A stretch of DNA of 64,000 nucleotides from Lama glama. Lineage: Eukaryota. Position 1 is the stretch's first letter, and every line of letters begins with the position of its first letter. A program made the translations under genes and the position numbers. The DNA lies in contig CM052816.1 in assembly GCA_028534125.1 (NCBI GenBank), positions 7,194,001 through 7,258,000 of the forward strand, in the 5' to 3' direction. The notes beneath the pieces are model-generated. The model was not told the DNA's origin and did no database searches. It worked only from the letters and a program-made list of their open reading frames with translations. Of this stretch, positions 39,033 to 50,666 are shown piece by piece.

Positions 39033-42000
39033 GCCTTCTTACATGCCTCCCCATAAGCAAACTGCAGAACCAGCCACTCTGGAGATGATATCTACATATT
39101 TTCCTGGAAAAATGGACTTCAATGCTGCCTGATCCAAGACCAGGGGTGCCAGGTCCCAGCCTCCTCACCTCCTGTCCTGCTACAGGTATTTGCCGGGTAG
39201 AGGCCAGAAACCAGGATCCAAGCCACTCCTGCCTGATTCACTCCTCTTGGGCCGAGGAGCTTCCTCTTCCCTGATCAGAGCAGCTTCCCAGGGCTCAGCA
39301 CTTTGAGTTCTGCCCCTGACTCATCCTGCCTCAGCACAGTACACAGGCCTGTGGTTTGCACAAGTTGGGGCACGACCCAAGGTGGGGATGGCGTGATTTT
39401 GGTGGGGGCTGGGGGTCATCAGTAGGTAAGGGCTCAGGAGGAGGTAGAGGTGCAGGCTGTGTGTATTGCAAGGGTACTAGGAATATACTACTAGGCAGTC
39501 CTGCTCGAAAGCCGGCTCATGGGGACAGAGAGGGGGACTTAGCAGTAACTCCAGGACTGCCTGCAGTTAGGATACACCTCAGGCTGGAGCTATGAGGCCC
39601 CACCCTGCCCCTCCTCCAGCTGCATTCTCCCCACAGGGCCAAGAGTCTGTGGAGCCAAAGGGACAGCTCACCCTAAGCCTGTAACCCCTACTTCCCCATC
39701 ACACTCTGGGGATCTTGTTTTTCATTGCTCAAAAGCCCCACATAGCTTCCTAGGCCTATGCAGCAGGCCTCTGCCAGCTGTCTTCCTCCAAAGGCTGGCA
39801 GTGCATCCCTAGGTGTGTCTAAGGGAGGCCAAGTTGGTGCTGTTTGCTGGGCAGGAGTTAGGGTGCTGTGGATGGAGCTTGGGCTGGGAAGTGGAAACAC
39901 TTTCCTTGTGGGAAGGGAAGGGATGGGAAGGGAAGGCAGGTGGCCGGAGCCATGGGCCCCTGCACCTGTACCTGGCTTGGTAACTTGCAAGTTAGTGGTG
40001 GACCCACCTGCAGTTGGTCAGTTCTGGCTCAGAGGTGGAGAGACCTCCTGAGAGGCCAGGCTGAATTTCTATTCTAAAGACAGAAGTATGAGGCTGAATG
40101 TCAGAGAACCTGGGTTCTGGCCAAGTTCTGCCAGATTGAGGCCAAGAGTACCGCTGGATAGAAGTGTAGGCTCTGGGGTCAGTTACCTCAGTTTCAAATC
40201 TCTGGAAATTTGTAGCTATGTGACCCTAGTCAAGATCCCCTCCAGGAGCCTCAGCTTCCTCCTTTGTCACAGGAGACCAATAATTGTCTCTGCCTCGTGG
40301 TGATTAGCCAAGTGCTTAGCACGGTGGTCCTATTAAGTGATTAATTAGCATGATTATCTGTGACCTTGATAAAGTCCCTTGCTTTCTTTGAGTCTCAATT
40401 CTTTCAGGAAAGGGTGGGGTGGGGGTGGGGGTGAATGATGCTAAATTCAATGATCTCTAAAGTTCCTTCAGATGCTCTTGGTCCACGATTAGGTCCCAGG
40501 GAGCATAGCAGCACACTGGACGGTCTCCAGCACCAGCTCTCTGCTCTCATTGATGGTTTGAACCTATGAATCCTCATCGAAGGGCTTGGAGAGGAATGTG
40601 GTTCTCAGAGAACCATACTCCCCACCCCAGGGCCTTTGCACATGCTCATCCATTTGCTGGGAACACATCTTTCACTTCTCACCAGTTAACTTCCACTTAG
40701 GTTTCAGACCTCAGATCAAATATCTCTTTCTCAAGAATGTTCAGACCCTCTGTTACAGGTTCTCATTGTTTCTCGTCTCTATTTCCATGTTTAACTATAC
40801 ACCTATGTAGGTGATATTGGATGCTACTTCCTCCAAGAGGCCTTCCTTAAAACCCCGTAGACATTTTGTGCCCTGCTGCTATGCTCCCAGCGCTTTCTAC
40901 TTCACCTTTCATCTTTGAAATCTTTGCATTTCATCTTTAAGGGGTGGATGAAATGTCACCTCATCACGGAGGCCCCAGATCAAGGTGGGCTTTCCTGCTG
41001 CATGTTCCCGTAGTGCTTCTTACTCTCCTTTCATAAAATGCCCTGCACTTGTCAAACTTGTCATGACTTATTCAATGTCTGTCTTCTCTCACCAGAACAG
41101 GGACTTCCTGAGGCAGGAATATACTTGCCTCCTGCACAGTTGTATGCCTAGCATACGGGACAGTGCTTAGCACATTGAAAGAATTAATAGCTACATGCTT
41201 ACCCTCTCCCCTCTCCAAACACACACACTCACTTTCACAGTCACAAACCGGCTTTTATCTTTCGTGCCTATGACAGTGCCTGGCACAAGGTAAAATTCTC
41301 AGTGAGCACTGGTTGGGTGAATGAATGAATAAAAGATTCTCCTCTGTTGGAGCTGAAGTTCTGGGAGGCCAGGGATCATGTCTTCAGCAATGTTTTCCAT
41401 CTCTTTGTGAATATGGGATCAAGTGGGAGCCCCAAAGAAATGTCCTTGTTACAGGACCAGGTTTCCCAGCTTCCACTCCAGGCTGAGCCAGCAGATCCTC
41501 CATGTCCTCACTTCTCAACTGTTTACAGCCTTCCCCCTTCTGCCATCCAGCCCCGAGCTTTCTTTCCACAACCTCCCCTCTACCTTGGGGATCAGCCACA
41601 GTGGCCTTCCTCTGGTCCGCTGAGACCACTTGGGTTTCTCCATCACCCAGTGGCTCCCCTGGAAAGCCAGGAAGAAGGGCAGGAAGAGATACACAAGTTC
41701 AGGGGAATAGGGGAAACTTCACTGAAAGAGTGACATTTGACCTTGGCCTTGAAGGGTGGGTGTTTCTAGCAAGGCTGAGACTGTGAGAGGTGGAGTAGAA
41801 AAGAGCACGAGTGGAAAGGCCTTTCTGGCAGAGAGAACAGCCAGTCAAAGCTCAAGGCAGGACCAGCTGAAATTCCCGGCAATGTGGCTACTCCCCTAAG
41901 AACACTGGGGTCCAGCATTGAGGGGGTAACAGAAGCATTAGCAGGGGCTGGAAGAGAACCTGGACCTGGTACTGTTTTAGAGAGAAGAAGTAGTATTATC

Positions 42001-42841
42001 ATCAGTAATAGGAAAACTAAGATGTGACCTTCCCTTTTAAAGAGACCATTGTGTCACGATGCGTGGGCCCTTGCCTTTGCCTTTTCTGGGCCTCAGTTTC
42101 CTGATCTACAAAATGAATATTTTGGATAAGCTGATCCCTCCAACTCTTTCCAGTTCTGAAGTCCTGTGACTGAAACTGAAGTCTTCCCTTGGCTTCTCGT
42201 TCCTGTTTGGACCAGCTCCAGGACTTGTGACCAGATATGAGGTCAGTTTTACAGATTTCAAGACAAACGAGGGCTCTGTCTGCACAGCTGGTGCCCATTT
42301 CCTGTGCCCAGGGTTTCACTCTTGTGCATTGCGTGGCCGGCTGTCACCACGTCCACAGTGTCACCTGCTCCTACCAGCCTTTCGGCCTCTGGGCTCCTGG
42401 AGCACTCCCGGAGCTTGGCCAAGGGAAGGTGGTACAGCAGGTCAGGGAGGGTAGGTGGGCGAGAGGGGCCTACGGAGGGCTGGCAGGGCATTGCAGACAC
42501 CCTGAAGGTCCTTGGCTTGATGGTCAGTTTTCTGTCTTTTTTCCCCCTATACTCACATATGTTCTTTGCAGCCAGTAGATTTTGGAATGAGTCAGACCTG
42601 GCTTTGAATTCCCTCCTTGTCATTTACAAGCTGTAGGCATTTGGCCTAGTTTAGTTTAGTTGTTGGTTTACTAGTTATTTCATATGTCCATTAGCTCAAT
42701 TTGCTTGTCAGTGCATCCACTAATGCACGATTCAAGAAATGTCTATGAAATACCTACTAAGTGCCCACACAATGCAGGGGATACAGGGTCAACAGGCTGA
42801 CCCCTCCCTGCCCTCCTGACACAGTGTGACAGGAGTGTTGG

Positions 42842-43378
42842 GCTGTGTGTCCAAAGCAATAGCCACTAACCATTCATGGCTACAGAGCACTTGAAATCCG
42901 AGTACTGTGATGGAGGGACTGAATTTTAAATTTTATATCATTTTTATTATTTGAAATTTAAAAGCACATCCTTGGTTCACCTTTAAGTATGCTGGAAATA
43001 ACTCAGGAATGTGAAGCTACTTTTTCAACTGTCAATTTTGTGAGCTCTAAACACAGATCAGATATCGCTGATGAAAATTCTAGCATTTGAGTCAAGACGT
43101 GCTGGACACGTACAAAAACACGTTGGCTTTTAAAGTGTTAGTGAGAAGAAAAGAATGGAAAATATCCTAATAAATATCTAAATATTGATTACATGTTGGA
43201 GAGGGTAACATTTTGGATATATTGAATTAAATAAAAATACACTACCAAAATGAATTTCTTTTTCTGTTTCTTTGTACTGTTTCTTTCTTTTTCTGTTTCT
43301 TTTTACTTTCTAAATGTGGCTTCTGGAAATTTAACTTCACATTGTGGCTTACATGGCATTTCTATTGGACAGTGCTGT
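42842..43378. mobile_element. hAT-Charlie1-family element (Charlie1b/MER33/MER3-like)
   Basis: tagccactaacc…gagcacttgaaat…actgaattttaaatttt…tattgattacatgttg…ttttggatatattg…atttctattggacagtgctg. Confidence 0.82.
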
Positions 43379-44680
43379 ATTAGTCAATTAAATAATATGA
43401 TGTGAATTTACAAGATTGTGGTAAGCATCAAATGAGGTGCATCTAAAGTGCTTAGTTCAGGGTAAGCACTCAGTCAGTATTATCTGTATCTGAGTATCAG
43501 ACATTCAGCTGTACCCCAAGTCACTCCTTTCCCTCATCTTGACAAGGGGTGGCTTCCTGGTGCCAAGATCTAGGTCCCTTGGCAGAGGGTAACTATTTTC
43601 CCAGGAGTCTCTTGGGACTTTCATGCAAATAGAGGCTTCCACGTCCCACCTCTCAGTGCTTCAGACACTCCAAGATGTACCCGTTACAACAACGTCCTGC
43701 TTGATGCCATCTCTGTTCCTCATCTTCCTCCTCCGCACCAGAAGTTCACTCTCTCCAACTTACCCCCAAATCTGACTCCTTCTCCAGAACTTTCTAAGTC
43801 ACTTCTGGATTTCACATATTGTTAAAATGCCTCAATTTTAGGGGCCCAAAACAAGATGGCTTTACTTTCTTTCTTTCTTTCTTTTTTTTTTTTGGTTAAG
43901 TAAAATCATTTAAAAATTCAATCACTGTCTTCTACCACCTTATTTCATGAGAGAAAGAACACTTCTAAAAACGGGACCTTTTTTTTTCTTCAGAATTTGA
44001 CAAGCTAGTTCTAGAATTCATATGGAAATGGAAATGCCAGGGACCCAGATAAGCCAAAATCACCTTGAAAAAGAAGAGCACAGTTGAAGGACTCATATTT
44101 CTCCATTTCAAAACTTACTACAAAGCTACAGTAATCAAGACCATGTGGTACTGGCCTAAGGCTAGACACGCGGGTCAGTGGAAGAAAATTGAGAGTCCAG
44201 AGATAAACTCTTACACTTATGGTCAATTGATTTTGATAAGGGTGCTAAGATAATTCATTGTGGAAATAATAATCTTTTCAACAAATTGTGCTGGGACAAT
44301 TGGATACACAAATACAAAAGAACAAATTCGGACCCTCATCGTATACAAAACAGTTCAATATGGAATAGAGACCTAAATTAAGGGGCTATAAACTCTTAGA
44401 AAATATAGGGGTGAATCTTTGTGACTGTGGATTATGTAAATGATTTCCTAGATATAACACTGAAAGCAAAAGCAATAAAAGAAAAAAATTGATAAACTAG
44501 ACATCAAAATTAAAAACTTCTGTGTTTTAAATGATACTATCAAACAAGTGAAAAGACAATGCACAGAATGGGCAAAATATTTGTAAACTGTATATCTAGT
44601 AAGGGACTTGGATCCAGAATATATAAAGAACTCTTACAACTCAACAATATAAAGACAAACAATCTAATTTAAAAACAGGC

Positions 44681-45097
44681 ACCATTTCCAGCAACATGGC
44701 TGGACCTAGAGATTATTATACCAAGTGAAGTACGTTAGACAGAGAAAGACAAATATCATATGATGTCACGTATATGTGGAATCTAAAAAAATGATACAAA
44801 TGAAAACAGAAGTAGATGCACAAGCATAGAAAATAAACTTACGGTTACCAAAGGGGAAGGGGTGGGGTAGGGATAAATTCAGAGTTTGGAATTAACATAT
44901 ACACACTACTATATACAAAATAGATAACCAATCAGGACCTACTGTATAGCACAGGGAACAATATTTAATATCTTGTTATAACCTGTAATGGAAAAGAATC
45001 TGAAGAAGAATACATATATATCTGTATAACTGAATCACTTTGCTGTGCACCTGAAACTAATACAACATTGCAAATCAATTACACTTCAATTTAAAAA
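44681..45097 (+). mobile_element. Younger LINE-1 3' fragment nested in the older L1
   Basis: ccatttccagcaacatggctggacctagag…ctgaatcactttgctgtgcacctgaaactaa. It interrupts the host at 'aatttaaaaa…gca|aaggatttg'. Confidence 0.88.
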
Positions 45098-45900
45098 AAT
45101 GAGCAAAGGATTTGCATAGACAGTTCTTCAAAAAAAGTGGTCAATAAGCACATGAAAAGCTGCTCACGCTCAAAATCTTTAGTCATTAGGGAAATGCAAA
45201 TCAAAACCCCAGGGCCGGATCCTTTCACACCTGCTAGATGGCTATAATCAAGAAGGCGAATAATAACAAGTGTTGGCAAGGATGTAAAGAAACTGGAAAC
45301 CTCATACGCTGCTGGTGGGAATGCGAAAAGGCCACTTTGGGAAACAGTTTGACAGTTCTTCAAAACGCTAAGGCTAGAGTTACCATATGACCCAGCCGTT
45401 CTACCCAAGAGAAATGAAAACATGTCAAAAAAAAAAAAAACCCCTCATACACAAATGTTCATAGCAGCATTATTCCTAATAGCTATAAATGTAGAAAAAG
45501 CTCTAAAGTCCATCAACTGATGAAGGGATAACAAAGTGGGGTACACCCATTCAATGGAATTATCAGTAAGCCACAGAAAGGAATGAAGCACTAATATAAT
45601 ACATGCAACCACATGAATGAACCTCAGAAACATTATGCTCAGTGAAATAAGCCAGTAACAAAAGAACTCATAGTGTATGATTCCATTTATTTGAAATGTC
45701 CCGTAGAGGCAAGTCTATAGAACCAGAGAGCAGATTAGAGGTTGGCAAGGGCTGGTGGTGAAGGATGGGGACTGGGGAGAGACTGCTGGTGGGTATGAAA
45801 TTGGCAGGTGGGGCAGGGTGCTAAAAATGTTCTAAAACTATATGAGGGCAATCATTGCATAACTCTGTAAATAAACTGAAAGCCATTGACTTGTACACTT

Positions 45901-46072
45901 AATTTTTTAAATATTTAATTTATTTATTATTGTATTATTCAATTATTTTATTTTGGCAGGGGTGGGGAGGTAATTAGGTTTATTTATTTTTGGAGGAAGT
46001 ACTAGGTAGGGATTGAACCCAGGAGCTTGTGCATGATAGGCATGCACTCAACCACTTGGGCTATACCCTCCC
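45901..46072 (-). mobile_element. tRNA-derived SINE (Vic-1-like)
   Basis: gggattgaacccagg…accacttgggctataccctcccc. TSD ccattgacttgtacactt (45883-45900) / ccattgacttctacactt (46073-46090). Confidence 0.9.
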
Positions 46073-47869
46073 CCATTGACTTCTACACTTTAAATGGGTG
46101 AATCTTGTCGCATGCAAACTAAAGCCATTAAACATAAAAGTGGGCAGACAGTATATTGGTTGAGAGGGCAAAGCTCTGTGTTCTGAGGCCTCTGTGTATC
46201 TTAGCTCTGCCACTTTTCAGCAGTGAGACCTCAGACAAATGAGTTGACTGTGCTAAGCCTCAATTTTCTCAACTATTGGGGGGTGTTGTGAGGATTAAAC
46301 AGGAACATCTTTGTCAGTCGTCCAGGACACAGCCAGGGTTCAATAATTGCCAGGCATTTTTGTTTTTAGATAAGTTTTCATTTCTGAGTCAAGTACAGTC
46401 CTTTAAATGAAATAAAGTGAATTTTTTTTTTAAATCTCACTGGCTTGTCCTTCTTTTTCTCATTTTGTAAAAACTGATGGAAGCTTCTATACCAGCCAGC
46501 ATCTCCCTCAACCCCCCGAGCAGCCAGGTGCCACATCCCTCCCTTTGAGAGGGAGACTGCCAGGGCTGCAAGATCTTTAGGGATCATTTACTCCAGTCCT
46601 TTTCAAACACATTTTAGGAGTGGAATCAGTTTCACATGAAATTAAAATACTAGTAACCATGATCACAGACAACGATTACTGAGCCTTTATCATAAGCCAA
46701 GTACCAGGTTCAGCATCTCACGTGCACTATCTCCTTCAATAACCCTCCAGGTACCCAAGGCCACAGTGTTAGTAAGTAGCAGAACCCTCAAATCAAGAGT
46801 TTGTTAGTTTAATGCAAAACATCTGTCCTCTGAATCAAGGGACAGTTAAAAGGGACCTGACCACAAGCGTTTGCATCCTAGTTCAGATCCTAGACAGGTT
46901 ACTTAACAGCTCAGTGCTTTATTCTCCTCATCTATAAAATGTACATCCTCATGATACAAATACCATGCAGGGTTACTGCACTAAGAGCTTTGCACACACA
47001 AGTGCATGTAATCCACCCAACGTTGTGTGAGGGCTCAGTGTTTATTTTCATTATTACTACACAGCACCTCCTCATGAAGAAACTCAGTGTGAAACAAATT
47101 AAAGAAGGGCTGTTCTGGTTGAAAAGAGTGGAAGCTCCACTCTAACTGTCCTATCTTCTGCCCCTTCCCACAAGGCAGCCCTAAGAACCCATCTCTGGGA
47201 CTCTAGGGCTCCCTGAAGAAGAGTTTGAAACCACTCTTCTTAGTCCATTCTCATTCACTGCACAGATGAGAGAACTGAGGCCCAGAGAGGGCAGGATACC
47301 CACCCAAGGCCACACAGTCACTCAAGGGCAGAGATAGGACTACAACACAGGCTTTCAGGCTCCCAACTCAGTTGTTGCTGAGGCACTTGGGGTCCTCAGG
47401 TCTTCCTTGCTGCCTCAGGGGAGGTTGTGTGGCTGCCAGAACTCCCAGGTTGGGCTCCCTCCCTTCCCCCGTCTCAGGGATAATCCTTTAAAGAATTAAG
47501 TGCAGCAATTATGGGGCTGAGAGGGAGGTTGTGTTACTTTTTGGTAACCAACTGGCATCTTACAGAGTCTCATTTACTGCCAGTTGAGTGCTTAGAAAGA
47601 AACTGTCTCACTTTCCACATCTTCGCGAGAAGTTCCTCCCCACCCTTTCCCCTTCAATTGATAGCAGCACCCGGCTGGGCAATGGGGACATGCGAACGAG
47701 ACCCCCGACAGCACCTCCTTTCAGGACACTTCCATCTAGTGCAGCAGGCGGCACCAACCAAGCAAAACCCAGAACAAAACCACAAAACATAAATAGTCTC
47801 ACGCTACCTTCCAGCGTGCAGTTCTCTGGTTCAGAGCGGAGGGAGGAGGTGGGTCTTGGAGGAAGCACA

Positions 47870-48230
47870 GAACATGGCCTGACTGTTGCTCTTCCTTCTG
47901 CCTGGAATCTTCCTCTCCAGTCTGTGAGGCTGGCTCCTCACTCCGGGTCCCCTCATGGGTCATCTGCTCAGAGTGGTCTTCCCTGGACGCCCTACCTGAG
48001 CGCTGCCAAGCTACTCTGGCCCTTTCTCTGCTTTACTTCCTCTGGGGCCCCACAGCTTGCTCCAATCATTCAACTGATTGATCTGCTGATGTGTGTATTC
48101 TGTCTCCTCCCCACAGTGGAATCTCTGGCGGGCAGGATGTGTGTCTGTCTCTCACTTGCTGTGTGCCTGGCACTTAGAGCAGAGATTGGCATCTGGCAGG
48201 GGCTCCGCAACATTTGTTAAATGAATGAGA
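47870..48230 (+). mobile_element. LINE-2 3' fragment
   Basis: gctcttccttctgcctggaat…gtgcctggcacttag…catttgttaaatgaatga. Confidence 0.7.
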
Positions 48231-48952
48231 AGGGGAGAAAATGGGAGAGCAAAGTGCAAAGAAGTGGGAGCTGGGAAAGGATTCTACTTCATGTCTGTCA
48301 CTAACTTACAGAGGGACCTTGGGCAAGCTGCTTACTCTCTGTTTAACCTCATTTTCTTCAATTGCAAAATTAAAGAACCAGAATTAGCATCTCTTTCGGC
48401 TGTGTGCTCACATCTCCCTGTAAGGATTTTCACACTGAAATATAGTTTTGTCTCTAGACATCTGTTCCACCCACTAAGCTCTATGTTCCTTGGGAGCAGA
48501 GACCAAGTTTTACTCTCCAATCTAAGCTAGCACAGTGCTGAACGTATAGCAGTGCTAACAGTGAGTGACTGATGTGAATGAATGAATGAATGAATGAATA
48601 GAAGGCTCTCAGAAGTTCAGGCCTAGTGACTTAGGGTTCTAGGGTTCCTGTAAGCAGGGGCAATTAAAAGAGGAAGTAGGTTTCCAAGTCTTTGCTTCCT
48701 TTGGTGGTTTAGCTTGGATGTCCCCCTCAGTCTTCCCAGAGCCACTTCCAGGAGTTCGGGCCATTCCTGCTCCCCCTACCCCTAAGGCAGAGAACTATCT
48801 GCCCCACTGGAGGTAAGACCATGGAGGGAGTGGTACAAAGGTGGCATATGTCACAACTGCCTTAAAGAGGGCAAATTATCACATTATCCAAACAGCACAC
48901 TGCGTAAAGCTGATAGAGCAACAATCCTGTGGACTGGGGTGGTGGGGCTAGA

Positions 48953-49285
48953 CAGAGGTTGCCACACTTTTTCTGCAAAGAGCTGGACAGTGAATATTTT
49001 AGGCTTTGTGGGCCATACTGTCTCTGTTGCAACTACTCACCTCTGTCACTGTATCATGAGAGCAGCCACAGACATTACCTAAATGAGTGAGCAGGGCTGT
49101 GCTCCAATTAAACCACGTATGGAGATTTGAATTTCATTTAATTTTCATGTGTCACAAAATATTATGCTTGCTTTGATTTTTTTTTTCAACTGTTTAAAAA
49201 TCTAACACTCATTCTTAGCTTGCAGGCAGTACAAAAATATGTGATGGGCTGGAATGACCCATGGGCCACAGTTTACTGGCCCCTG
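48953..49285 (+). mobile_element. MER58B-like hAT-Charlie MITE
   Basis: cagaggttgcc…gaatattttaggctttgtgggccata…tctctgttgcaactactca…cagtttactggcccctg; both flanks contain CTAGA, the Charlie target preference. Confidence 0.88.
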
Positions 49286-49636
49286 ACCTAGAAGGGAGAG
49301 GATAGGTGTTAGGCAGCCTACCTGGGGGCTTTCTGGAGAAGGGACACAGAGGCACGGAAGGATGTGGACCAGGGAGCAGTGGAGATTTGAGTCCGAGGTG
49401 AGCTAGCAGGGGCACAAACTCAAAGGCTAGCAGAGGCCAGGGAGACCTAGGGAGTGAGAGAGGCCGGCCGGGAGGAGCTGAGGGAACTTGCACACTTGTG
49501 TCCCATTTAAACTCTGCAGCATCTAAGCTCCGGTGCTTTGCGGCCAACATGCCCATTTTTCAGACCATTGAAAATTTTAAGAGAAGCCTGAATTAAAAAA
49601 AAAAAAGTATAGCAGTGCATTTGGCAGTCCCGTGGA

Positions 49637-49673
49637 TCTGTCTCTTGCTTCAACAGTGTTTGGACGGAACAGA
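49637..49673 (+). promoter_or_regulatory. Iron-responsive element (ferritin-type IRE) in the retrocopy 5' UTR
   Basis: TCTGTCTCTTG-C-TTCAA-CAGTGT-TTGGA-CGGAACAGA. The CAGUGN loop is at 49654-49659, the 5-bp upper stem is TTCAA/TTGGA, the C bulge is at 49648, and the lower stem is TCTGT/ACAGA. Confidence 0.93.
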
Positions 49674-49819
49674 CCCAGGGATGCCCCTTGTTCCAGTCTC
49701 CGACCACCCTTCAACCTTTTTTCCAGTTGCATCCTTCAGAACCAGCCACTGTGCTATCTTCAGCCTCTGGGACCAACCAACACTGTTTTGTGAGCTTAAC
49801 TCCTTATTTCGGATCAACC

Positions 49820-50347
49820 ATGAGCTCCCAGATTTGTCAGAATTATTCCAGCGAGGTTGAGGCCTCTGTCAACCACCTGGTCAACATGCATCTGCGGGCC
49901 TCCTATACCTACCTCTCTCTGGGCTTCTATTTTGACCGCGACGATGTGGTTCTGGAGGACGTTGGCTACTTTTTCCACGAATTGGCTGAGGAGAAGCGCG
50001 AGGGTGCGGAGCGTCTCTTGAAAACGCAAAACCAGCGTGGGGGCCGTGCCCTCTTCCAGGATGTGCAGAAGCCATCTCAAGATGAGTGGGGTAAAACCCA
50101 GGACACTATGGAAGCTGCTATTGTCCTGGAGAAGAACCTGAACCAGGCCCTTTTGGATCTGCATGCCCTGGGTTCTGCCCGCGCAGACCCACATCTCTGT
50201 GACTTCCTGGAGAACGACTTCCTGGATGAGGAGGTGAAACTCAACAAGAAGATGTGCGACCACCTGACTGACCTCCGCAGGCTGTCTGTTCCCCAGGCTG
50301 GGCTGGATGAGTATCTCTTCGAATGGCTCACTCTCAAGCACGACTAG
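49820..50347 (+). CDS. FTL: Uninterrupted 175-aa ferritin light chain-like ORF within the retrocopy (expression unknown)
   Basis: ATG in CAACCATGA context, translation [10 protein letters not shown]...[17 protein letters not shown]...[12 protein letters not shown]. It has the same length as mammalian FTL, with no stops or frameshifts. Confidence reflects doubt that it is translated; the homology itself is clear. Confidence 0.6.
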   Translation: MSSQICQNYSSEVEASVNHLVNMHLRASYTYLSLGFYFDRDDVVLEDVGYFFHELAEEKREGAERLLKTQNQRGGRALFQDVQKPSQDEWGKTQDTMEAAIVLEKNLNQALLDLHALGSARADPHLCDFLENDFLDEEVKLNKKMCDHLTDLRRLSVPQAGLDEYLFEWLTLKHD

Positions 50348-50479
50348 GAGCCTCTGCAACCCAGCAGCCTTTATGGAGCCCCTCTGGTGTCAGGGCTTCT
50401 GCCTGAAGCCTCTCTGCAGTCACCAATCAGCTTTTAACCATCCTGGAGCCCTCTCCCAAGCCTTGGACCAAATGGAAAC

Positions 50480-50485
50480 AATAAA
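50480..50485 (+). terminator. Polyadenylation signal of the FTL retrocopy
   Basis: AATAAA about 10 nt upstream of the decayed A-rich tail. Confidence 0.85.
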
Positions 50486-50522
50486 GCTTTTCGCAACAAC
50501 AACAACAACAACAACAAAAAAT

Positions 50523-50666
50523 AAAGTATAGTTGGTTTACAATATTGTGTTAATTTCTGGTGTACAGCATAGTGATTCAGTTTTATATATGTATTATATA
50601 CATACAGTCCTTTTCAATTTTTTCATTATAGACTATTACAAAGTACTGAATATAGTTCCCTGTGCT
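50523..50666 (-). mobile_element. Short 5'-truncated LINE-1 3' end (antisense) hosting the FTL insertion
   Basis: Reverse complement matches the L1 3' terminus seen on + at about 20060-20190 (…ctgaatcactatgctgtacaccagaaa…caactata). Confidence 0.85.

Larger units (their letters stand above)
43985..46140 (+). mobile_element. Old LINE-1 (L1MB-like) ORF2 end + 3' UTR, interrupted twice
   Basis: ORF 44065-44253 [16 protein letters not shown]…[11 protein letters not shown]; 3' UTR gaacctcagaaacattatgctcagtgaa…. Confidence 0.92.
49613..50517 (+). pseudogene. FTL: Full-length processed (retrotransposed) copy of ferritin light chain mRNA
   Basis: Intronless FTL 5' UTR (with IRE), CDS and 3' UTR. AATAAA at 50480-50485, (CAA)n/A-rich tail remnant 50494-50521, and flanking direct repeats AAAAAAAAAAGTATAG (49597-49612) / AAAAAATAAAGTATAG (50516-50531). 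A TT|AAAA L1 endonuclease-type site lies at 49593-49598. Confidence 0.96.

Noticed and set aside
47588..48220. 210-aa ORF
   Set aside because: Non-ATG start, and the 3' half is an L2 remnant. No recognisable homology.
49688..49819. 44-aa N-terminal extension of the FTL ORF in the ORF track (219 aa)
   Set aside because: It starts at TTG and simply translates the FTL 5' UTR. The homologous start is the ATG at 49820.
49814..50359. 181-aa antisense ORF over FTL
   Set aside because: A shadow ORF produced by the codon bias of the sense CDS, with no independent evidence.
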